Shown piece by piece: positions 40,665 to 51,851 of a DNA stretch of 64,000 nucleotides. The position numbers and the translations under genes are program-made. Below the pieces are notes generated by a model. That model had not been told where the DNA came from and did no database searches. It saw only the letters and a list, made by a program, of their open reading frames with translations. Position 1 is the stretch's first letter. The number at the start of each line of letters is the position of its first letter. Origin of the DNA: Eledone cirrhosa (taxonomy: Eukaryota); contig OZ024741.1 of assembly GCA_964016885.1 (NCBI GenBank), forward strand, positions 62,744,001 through 62,808,000. Reading direction: 5' to 3'.

Positions 40665-40747
<83 letters not shown>

Positions 40748-40834
40748 TATGAAACGTACATACACACACGCATCTCTGATTGAAGAATGTCAACAGACTC
40801 ACGCGTACGCACATACACACACACTGTCCTATTA

Positions 40835-41150
40835 CCACTTAAGAGCTTTGGGTCGGGAAAACATCTCCTTAATTGTGAAACCGTCTGGATTCTCCAGAAT
40901 TGATGGGAGAAGATCTGACGGTCTTACCTCGTGCCCCTGATCAAGAGGCAGGTGCCTTATCTGGGACGCCAGAGTTAGTGACTCTTTTGCGTCTTCCCTG
41001 ATCCTGGGTGCAGCGGTCAGGACAAGAGTTACTGTATCCGTAGCCGAACGGAATAAAATCCTAAAATACTGTGATCTGTCAGCTAACTACATTTTCTAGG
41101 CAGTGGCGTTCGCGACGTATGGAGGAATCGGGCTACTGACTGCGATATAA
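40835..41150 (+). mobile_element. CRE-clade LINE restriction-like endonuclease fragment
   Basis: RAL...KPSGFSRIDGRRSDGLTSCP*SRGRCLIWDARVSDSFA...AERNKILKY..L...YIF*AVAFATYG. Confidence 0.78.
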
Positions 41151-41290
41151 CGCGAGTTATATTAGAAACTTTAAAAGAAGTGAATCTTGAAATAAGCAAT
41201 ACATTAAATTATTTGTTTAATCATGTGTTACAAAATTTAGTAGATAAATTATTTAATATTCATTCATTATTTATTCAAAGTAATCAAAAA

Positions 41291-41480
41291 GGCGGTGGAT
41301 TGGCAGTATCGGTAGAGGGTCGGACGCCATGCTTTGACGCAAAGAGTTACGGGCTTTTCCATTATGAGTTCAAATCCCGCCGAAGTTAACTTTGCCTTTC
41401 ATCCTTACGGGGTCGATAAAATAAAGTACCAGTAATGTACTGGGTAATTGCTGACCTTGTGCCAAAAGTAGAAACAATTA
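41291..41480 (+). mobile_element. SINE copy with 20-bp TSD
   Basis: ATTATTTATTCAAAGTAATC at 41266-41285 and 41477-41496; A and B boxes intact. Confidence 0.92.
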
Positions 41481-42245
41481 TTTATTCAAAGTAATCCAAC
41501 TTATTTTACTAACGGATAAACAAATATAAAACGGACATTGTCTCGCACCCCCCCCCCCCATGATATTATAGATTTAAAATGAATGTCTTTAAATTTGTTT
41601 TATTGCTGATTTGCCTGGAATTTTCAGTTGAATTAACAAAGTAAATAGAACGTGTGTCCATGAAACATATACACCAGGCCTGAACACTAAAGAACCACAC
41701 TCCCACTGTTACTGCCTCCGTATCTCCCTCCCCATCTCTCACTATAATGAGCAAATGGAAGTCCACCCGCTGGTTGCCCAGCGGCCCCGGCGGGAAGAAT
41801 AGAAAGGCGTTTCCCGGAGGGACGTGCTATGACATTATTCAGGTTGCGGTTCATGAGAAAGAAAATTATAACCATTATTTTGACAGGTTCAATCAATTCC
41901 TTCACCTAAAGAAGGCGGACCGTTATCTGCTTACGATTTTGTTTATGTAAAAAATATCAATATCGGAATTCTTGTATCTATATTTATTACATGTTATCTT
42001 TAATGACGAAGATGATAAAAAAAACATTAGATTTTAACCATGAACACAATATCTTAATTTTCAGTTGAAAGGAGAGAAAGAAAGACAGGGAGAGTGAGAG
42101 AGAGAGAGAGCAAAGAAAGAGAGGGGGGAGAGAGTGAGATGAAAGAAAAAAGAGAACGTAAACAAACGTCAGATTAAGAAACTTATCAAAAGAAATTAGT
42201 TCATTATCTATTTCTCATTTTTTAATCAAAGGGATAAAGAGAGAG

Positions 42246-42338
<93 letters not shown>

Positions 42339-42884
42339 AAACCAGATGAATCGTTTCTATTTATCGCTGTAGGCTAATAGCAGTTATCTTTGAAATTCAA
42401 GGATCTACAGAAACTACCTTCGTTTACTAAACGTTTGCTGAGATTTCTTCTAAAACAACCTTGTCAACGAACCAATCACAGTAGCTCACTTCAAGTTGAC
42501 ATGTTTGATAATGTTATTCACTGAAGCCAGTAACAGCTAAACAGTAGAGGTAGATCGGCGAAGCAATACGTCACACTCTGATCTTAACATATACACTGAA
42601 AATATGGTTGAAATAGGGACAGGGAAATCAAGTCCTGTACGGAGAGGGAATGACTACAGAGAAACTCCCCACGCTTATACATTTATCTAATGACATTCCC
42701 GGCATAAGTGGAAAGAATTAATTGAAAACATATTAAACTTTGCTTTTCATGTTTCCGGAGTCAATAAAATATGGCCAATATAGTCTACAAATTAGTTGAA
42801 TGTATAAAAGCAGGTGTGTGGCAACAGTGGGAGGGCCTAGCTAAATCTCTTTACAATATATTTGAAAAAATTAGTTAACTAATT

Positions 42885-43285
42885 AATAATTGTTTCTACT
42901 TTTGGCACAAGGCCAGCAATTATCCCAGTGTATTACTGGTACTTTATTTTATCGACCTTGTAAAAATGAAAGGCAAAGTTAACCTCGGCGGAATTTGAAC
43001 TCAGACATAAAGGGCCGTAACTCTTTTCTGCAAAGCATGTGGCGTTAGACCCTCTACCAATACTGCCAATAATGATTTTTCATTTCGACACAAGGTCAGT
43101 AATTTGAGCGAATGGACAGTCAATTAAATCGACCTCAGTATTTTAATAGTAATTTATTTCATTAAAACTAACTGAATGAAAGGCGATTTGACCACGTCAG
43201 TATTTGAACTCAGAATGTAATACGCTGTAACATATACCACACAGCATTCGTCCGATGCTCTAATGATTCTGCCAATACACCGCTC
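42885..43285 (-). mobile_element. Two adjacent SINE copies (one young, one diverged)
   Basis: Family motifs at 42885-43070 and 43070-43285. Confidence 0.85.
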
Positions 43286-43554
43286 CAAATAACTGACAAA
43301 TAATAAAACCGGTGGAACTAAACTGGTGTGCGTGTTTTTAATGGCTGTATGCCCCTCCTAAAGTATAACAATATCTGTTTCGACACACGATTTCACATCA
43401 AGAATCTTACAAAACAAATATATATATAAATACACACACAAACGCACATACATGCATACCCCCCCCCCCCACATATATATATATATATATATATATAGAC
43501 AGACAAATATACACACAGAGGACGCCAGTACCATCGTAGAGTTAACCACCAGCT

Positions 43555-43703
43555 AGTGTTGGAATTCATTTTCAGCTGAGTATATAGATGCAATTCGAAA
43601 TTAAGTGCTTTGCTCAACAACCCGATGCATAACTCGCTCCAAGAATCGAACCCACGACATTAAGACCTTAAATCTAACACCCCAAAGATAGGCCACGCTC
43701 CAC
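43555..43703 (-). mobile_element. SINE, second family
   Basis: Similar to 15385-15563 (CAGCTGAGTA...AAGT...TTGCTCAA...AATCGAAC.CACGA). Confidence 0.55.
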
Positions 43704-44092
43704 TTGATCTGCAAAAATCTCTTATTACATAAATGGATCGCCGCAAATTTGTAGAGTATAGATTGTATAGTCGATTGAATCGCCCCAGGATACGCCTGAT
43801 ATTTATTTTATTGAATACTTTATCAGTAAAGAAATAAAAGCCAAAGATGAATCTTATTTGGTTTGAACTAAAAACGTGGACGAACGAATCTAAAGAATTT
43901 GCTTGCCATTTAATTTGGCACTCGAATGTTTCTGCTAATCAACCACTTAATTGAAACCTTTTAAATTCAATTACTACAAAGAAAATCTAATAAAATAACT
44001 TATTGATTTCTCATTGACACGAACACATAAATTGCAGAGGAGGGGTATTGGGGGATTGAATAGTTTCTGTTAGTTGATAAAATATATTTCTG

Positions 44093-44284
44093 ATTAATTG
44101 TTTCTACTTTAGGCACAAGGCCAGCAATTACCCAGTGTATTACTGGTACTTTATTTTATCGACCCCGTAAGGATGAAAGGCAAAGTCAACCTCGGCGGGA
44201 TTTGAACTCAGATCGCAAAGGGACGTAACTATGCTGGAAAGCATGGCGTCCGACCCTCTACCGATACTGCCAATCCAACGCCCT
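44093..44284 (-). mobile_element. Young full-length SINE with 14-bp TSD
   Basis: TATTTCTGATTAAT at 44085-44098 and 44284-44297. Confidence 0.92.
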
Positions 44285-45572
44285 ATTTCTGATTAATATC
44301 GAAAGATCAGTCTTTTAAATATATTTCGATTGCAAATATTAGCAATAGCCTTTAGAAGGCAAATAAAGTAACCCAGAGCTATTTCATAAAAACCCTTGAG
44401 ATTTCTTTGTAATTTCTGTATTCGTTTAATTTATCAAGTATTCATTGAAACACTAAGATTTATGAAGTTGAAAAAGTATATTTAAATATATAATTCGTTA
44501 TTATATGAAAATCAAATATAGTTTGTATTCTTGATTGAATTATTAAGTTAAATGGTTTTAAATACTCTCGCAATTATGTCTGTGTGTTGCAGAGATTTTG
44601 CAACAGTTGCGATATATCATATTAATTATCGACTACAAATTCCTAATTGACTTAACGAATAGATTCTGCTTTTTGCCGTGGCAGATTTCCATATTGTTTA
44701 GCTATCACTGTGACATCTGATGTAACATTAATTTGTATAATTTCTATGAAACTTTATTCTGAAGTAGTTCAGTCTATTAAACTGTTTTAATGACATATCT
44801 TGTAAATGCAAAACTATGGTGTGGTGTTTTGTTCTCGACATTATACATGCTGCCACTTAACCACCACTATTTCTAGACAATTCAATTATTATCTACATAG
44901 ATTGCAGAATTCTCACTCGCATTTCATATATTTTCTCTTCATTTGGTCTTCATTATATTGCAGGAGCTTTCTTTGTAATAAAAGCATGCTTCTCTTTGAG
45001 TGAAATAAAACTTAGTTACAGCTTCCATTAAATTTGAATCATAATTATTTCAAAACCGGTTGTACCGTCCCCTGTGTCTCTTTGAAAAGTAGAATGAAAC
45101 GATTTAAAAAGAAAAGGAAACGTTGTTTCAACACTGGACATAGTGGCATCTACTGTTCTCCTTTTTGAAATAGAATGAGGGTATTTGAGGGAACGTTATT
45201 GCAATTCCAGTTATACCATTATCCAGGATTTAAGAAAATATGATCTGAAAACCGAGGTGTTCGGGTAGAGAGAACATTTTAATATCCGGAAGTGGTAGTC
45301 TTAGGGACAGGTGGATATATTGGTTCTCATTTCACTCTCCCTTCTGGTTCTGGGATATATTTTAGCTACCTCCCAGTAACAGCTTTTGCTGGCAAACAAA
45401 ATTACTGAGGGTTTGAACGATTGGGAGGATATGGGCACCGTCAAGCACAGACCTACCAACCTCTAAAACTCAACCGGGCAGTACCATGAAAAACGTTCCA
45501 CAAAACGGGGAGAAATGAAGCAAAATGGGTAGATTTGACAAATGAAAGCTATACCTATTATATATATATATA

Positions 45573-45707
45573 GTGGTAGAACACTGGAAGGTAATGTCTG
45601 CAGTGGTAGAGCATTCAGTCCATGGGACGAGTTAGGTAGAAGTGGTTACACAACAGTTAGTTTACCATACCGAGAACAATTGTTTCACCTTAGCGGATCC
45701 TCAGCTC
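45573..45707 (-). mobile_element. 135-bp PLE terminus inserted in (TA)n
   Basis: (TA)n on both sides; hammerhead followed by ATG|GTAAAC; homologous to 1531-1620. Confidence 0.7.
45672..45707 (-). ncRNA. Minimal type-I hammerhead ribozyme motif
   Basis: GAG-CTGAGGA-TCCGCTAAGGT-GAAA-C-AATT-GTT|CTC; palindromic loop III. Confidence 0.7.
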
Positions 45708-46519
45708 ATATATATATATATATATATATATGATGGAAATAATCTTGATAAACTACATTTTAATACTCCTGTTTAAATGGTGTCGTCATGGCTAACATCC
45801 TAAAGGTAATGAGACTAAAAGTTTATATTTGACTAAAATTATATCAAGTCAAGAAAGATAGCGGAGATAAACCCAGAATTCAAGTCATAATATAATGCAG
45901 TGGAGGGTGAATATGATCTTTTGCAAACACTGATCTAAAATCCTAACTTGTAATTCTAACTTTCTATCTTGGTTGATTAAAAACTCCATTTATATAATTA
46001 AATATTAGTTATTTTAAATGTTTTACGCAAGAAATTCAACGACTTTTGCAGATTTATTCTATAAAATGTACTGTTGGGAAAGTCTTTTTAAAAATTCCCA
46101 ATATTAATAAAAATAAAATAAAATTGCCTTTTATATTAAATTGAAGAGGATAAAAATCCTGAATAAATTGAGTTGAAAATCTCAGTGATTTGAAGAGAAA
46201 TACCTTTAACTTGGATTGTGGATGTTCTAATGGGAATGTATTTTGCATAAAATTGTCAGTATTGTTTAGAGAATTGTATTGTATATGCCGTCTCCACTAT
46301 TGGCAAGGAAAATTTAGTTTAGCTAGGATGTTAATACTGTGAAGAGAAGTGTATTTTAGTTTAGAGTGGTATGGGGAAATGCATCTTGTATGAACTTGTC
46401 AGTGTTCTGAAAGGAAATATATTTTAACTAAGATAATCATAAATGATTTCTGAACGAAGACGCATAGTAAAAAATAAGAAAAGTGTTAGTTCTGTTCCAT
46501 TACCATTCATTTAAATATG

Positions 46520-47030
46520 AATGTCAGATACTTGAAATCATTTACGAGTACGATATCTGAGCCATCTAAGTGGTTACACTGTAACCGTGACATGGAGGCC
46601 AAGATTGCTCAGACAGAGAAGGGGCTTGACACTTTGCAAGGGGTGGAGAAGGACACAAAAACGGATGTGTTCATGTTTCTCCTCTGCAAAGAAACGATCC
46701 TTCTGCACGGTTCAGAGTTGTGGACATTGAATGCTGTCTTCCGCAAGAGACTCGGTGGTACATACACTAGAATGCTACATACGACGTCTCCTGCATGGAT
46801 CCCTACCATGCATCTGTGAGGTGTCGATGTGTGGCCTTTACTGGCCATTTCAGTCACCGTGATGAAGCGCTGGAAGATTGCTTCTCTGGACTCCGAATTC
46901 AAAGAAACGAATTGGCCGGCTGCATATCACCTTGAAATCAATCATCAAGATGGGCATAAGCCTCAAAGAGACGGATCTCTGTGTTGCAATGTTCCAACGA
47001 GGACTCTGGAGCTCGAACATATGGAATAGT
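46520..47030 (+). mobile_element. RTE-X-like LINE 3' fragment
   Basis: ETILLHGSELWTLNAVFRKRLGGTYTRML. Confidence 0.75.
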
Positions 47031-47619
47031 TTTCATATACTATTTTTTTCCAAACTTATACTTGATTAATACAAATGATGACGACATTAGCAAAAGATAT
47101 TAATTAATTAAAATTTAAATATCAGTAGTGATAAAAATTATCTTTATTATAAATTCATGCCAGGTGAGACAATACTAGAATTGCAATTATTCAAAATAAA
47201 CATAAAATAGAATGCTGTTGGTATTGAATCTGACCTTGAGCAGTGAGATGACAATCACGAAGACGTTTCTAAAACCATTTGGTAAAGCCCTGTCTTTCTA
47301 TCTTCTATGATAAAAAAATTTCAATTAAAAATGTCAGACTAACGAAATTTTTTATCTAATCAATTATACACAAGCATATTTTGTCAACTATATTTTACAA
47401 AAATAAGTTATTCAATAATGGAAATATGAAAAAAAGATAAAAACAAAATTAAGTAATGAAAAGAAAGGGAAGGGGTAAAGAAGGGCAGATTTTGCTGTAT
47501 AGAAAAGTAAAGTAAAGGAGTATAACTGGCACAAATGAGAGGAAAGGGACGGAAAAAGCAAGGACTATTAGGTCACGGAAGAAAGGGAAGAAGAAGGAGA
47601 GAGTGTGATAGGCTCTATG

Positions 47620-48290
47620 CCTAGGATGGGGCAGTGTTTCGGCTACGCTCCGCGGACAAAACTGCAACGGCATTTCCACAGACAATAGTCAGCGACACTC
47701 GCTGCAACAGCCACGCCACCTCGCGGCACTCCTTATACAGATGGGCTGCTGACCTTCCGAGTTTGCGGAGAAGCTCCGCAGTACGGGGTCCGAGGACACC
47801 TGAGATCTCGACGGTGACCGGTGTGAAGAGAAAGTGGTCGGACTAGCCCCGGTATTTGATTGTGTTCCGGTCCTCTGCAGTGGAGGGCCGCAGTACCAGT
47901 GTTTGCAGCCGAAGCGACTTATTTCGAGGTGGTGAACGTGTAACAGCATACGGCGTTCTAGCATATGGCGTTCCAGATGAGGGATTTACTTGCTTCGAAT
48001 AAGAAGAGGGTAATTTCGTCGTGGTGCTTGCCTTCCCTGCGGTCGAGGCCTGCTGGCTCCAGGTGTGAAACAAACTAGCTGCATCCAGACTCCTTCTCAA
48101 TATGTCATTGAGAAGGTTATGTCGGGGGAAGCGGGCTTCGCTTTGGCGGTATGACTGTGGGTGCAGGCCAAACTCGTCTACGACAGCCCCACAATGGCAT
48201 TTAATCAAGAGGGCACCGAATTGAGCCACGCACTACTGTCTGGCTGCGAAGCGGATCGGAGGCAGGCAAGGCGGTGTTGGTATAAGTCAG
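47620..48290 (-). mobile_element. CRE-clade LINE C-terminal fragment (zinc finger + RLE), internally deleted
   Basis: RLACLRSASQPDSSAWLNSVP, CHCGAVVDEFGLHPQSY...RFPRHNLLNDILRRSL, LEPAGLDRREGK...KSLIWNA. Confidence 0.8.
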
Positions 48291-48457
48291 AATCAATCCG
48301 CCTGTTCAGTAATTCACACGCACAGAAGAAAAAGTGAGATGCTATTAGTTACCCTTGAGCAGTGTGAAAAACACAGAGACGAAAGAATGAAACTATAGTC
48401 ACGTGTTATGATTGGCGTGTATGCGAGTGTGCCTGTGTGTGAGTGAACAGTTTTGCT

Positions 48458-48458
<1 letters not shown>

Positions 48459-48517
<59 letters not shown>

Positions 48518-48518
48518 T
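48459..48518. repeat. (TAC)n microsatellite
   Basis: Directly visible. Confidence 0.95.
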
Positions 48519-48798
48519 AGTAATTGTATTTCCGACATCACTATTTGGGTTATGATAATGTATATAATCTTAGCTTGGCAAAAATCTCAGTAGGTCTTCC
48601 GGTATTAATTGTAAATCAACACCTGGACATCAGGTATTAATTGTAAATCAACACCTGCACATCATCAATAGAACGATGGCTTTTTGTACCATTATAATTT
48701 GCATGTACGCAAATAAAGTCAATAAGAACACATAAACACACACACACTCTCTCTTTCACAAACAATCACACAAACACACGCATATATCATCGTCATCA

Positions 48799-49391
48799 TC
48801 TCTATATATAAAGCTGTGGTTGTCTGTCTGTCTATCGATTTTTGGCACACATCTCCTCTTAGAATCTCTGACGGAATTGCACCGAAATTACTATACTTGT
48901 ACATTGAGCCCTAGCGAAGACATCGGAAAAAAAATATTTCAAATTGACCCACCCTATATGACGAAATCGAATCTAATGTATCGATTTTTGAGCGTAAGTG
49001 ACGAGTTATTTCCCTTTGTTCTGTTTACATTGAGCGTCTTACGTTCTGTTACGATACACGAACAGTTGTCGAGCCAGCAAAATTTTGACCTGCAAAATTC
49101 ATCAGTTCGAACACTAAGCTTCCGTTTTGCTTCATTTCCATTTAAAAGCTTTTTAAAACAATATTTTTATTTGAAAACAAGTCTATTTAAAGACTACGTA
49201 AAACAAGCAAATATTTCGTAAAAAAAAGCAAAAATTATATGAGTTTATTTAAAATATATGTATCTGTAAATTTCGTTAGGCGTGCAGACAGACAGTCGTG
49301 CAGACAGACTTTAAGCCAAAAAAGAAACTTAACATTGTAACTTTAACACAGCTACTGAGCGACCCCGAGCAACGCCGGGCTTTACTGCTAG
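48799..49391 (+). mobile_element. Non-autonomous Helitron (family A), first unit of array
   Basis: A|TCTCTATATATAAAG 5' end; CCCGAGCAACGCCGGG hairpin then CTAG at 49388-49391. Confidence 0.85.
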
Positions 49392-50390
<999 letters not shown>

Positions 50391-50941
50391 TTATCTATAA
50401 AAGGCAGATTGTTGTTGTTGTTTGTGTGTGTATGTTCCAAGTTTATACATTTGCACAATTTCAAACCGATTCGACTCAAAGTCTGTAAGAATGCTGTAAA
50501 TGGTCTAACTTAGGTCAACGACTATTTATTTCATTCAAACTCACACACAATTACGGATTATAATCGATAAAACTAAATACATGACGCTTTACCCCTCTAA
50601 TACAATCAGATAACCTCTTTCTACTCCCCTTCGTCAGAGAAAGTTGCAGCATGTATGTAGTTTTATCGAATTTTAAGTGGAATAGGGAGAGGTAATCTGA
50701 TTGTATTAGAGGGTTAAGCGTCATGTATTTAGTTTTATCGATCATTTCCGTAATTGCGGGGGAGTGTGAATGAAATAAAGAGTCGTTGACCTAAGTTAGA
50801 CCATTCACAACATTCTTACAGACGTTGAGTCGAATCTGTTTGAAATTGTGCAAATGTATAAACATGGAACATGTACACACACACACAACAACAACAATCT
50901 GCCTTTTATAGATAATGATGATGATGATTAAGCTTTCAAAC

Positions 50942-50978
<37 letters not shown>

Positions 50979-51851
50979 GAGAGAGAGAGAACGTTTGTTT
51001 TTGAGTGTGGAACTGTCAAACATTTATTTACTTCAATGACAAAGAGAACTTATTACATTTCATACGAAACAACAATTATTCAAAAGCAACAAATAAATTT
51101 ATTCAACAACAAAAAAAATAGCGACAAATCTTTTTTAAAACATCTATCAACGAACGTGGAAGAAAGAAGTATCAGTTCATTTACTATAAACAATAATATC
51201 CTCTATGAGGTCACTAAACCTGCTAGAAACAGCAGCTAACTCTTCCCCATATCACACCACCCCCTACTGTCTTAAATTTAGAAAACATATCCTCTATGAG
51301 GTCACTAAACCTGCTAGAAACAGCAGCTAACTCTCCCCCATATTCAAAAGCAACAGATAAATTTATTCAACAACAACAAAAAATAGCGATAAATCTTTTT
51401 TAAAACATCTATCAACGAACGTGGAAGAAAGAAGTATCAGTTCATTTACTATACACAATAATATCCTCTATGTGGTCACTAAACCTGCTAGAAACAGCAG
51501 CTAACTCTCCCCCATATCACATCCCTGCCTACTGTCTTAAATTTAGAAAACAAACATTAGACAACCATGCAGAACAACTCCATCGCAGCTCTGTTGTTCG
51601 GCTGGCATCGTCTACGCGCATGTTGCGCAAGTACTGTGAAACAATACATTTCAACACTTCTTTGCACAGAGATAATATCCATAGGCGAAACTACAATTGT
51701 CACTGCTGGCGCAGCTCCTGCTTCGGCAGTCCAGGTCTGCAATTCATTCACCCAGTGCCTGGCAGACAAAAAAGGTGCTGCCATAAAATGGGTGGTGCAA
51801 CCTAACTTTGGTAACTTACTGACCCCGAGCAACGCCGGACGTTAATGCTAG
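50391..51851 (+). mobile_element. Non-autonomous Helitron (family B), unit 3, with inverted 5'-end copy and internal duplications
   Basis: Same ends as unit 2; 50640-50915 is the reverse complement of the 5' region; 51288-51470 duplicates parts of 51080-51250. Confidence 0.88.

Larger units (their letters stand above)
39630..40670 (+). mobile_element. Non-coding, hairpin-rich probable PLE 3' region carrying a hammerhead, interrupted by a SINE pair
   Basis: Starts after (TA)n, GC-richer core with nested stems, hammerhead at 40151-40224, resumes after the SINE TSD and ends at (TC)n(TA)n. Confidence 0.5.

Noticed and set aside
45289-45335. Rossmann-like peptide VVVLGTGGYIGSHF
   Set aside because: Stops close on both sides and no suitable splice sites; probably chance.
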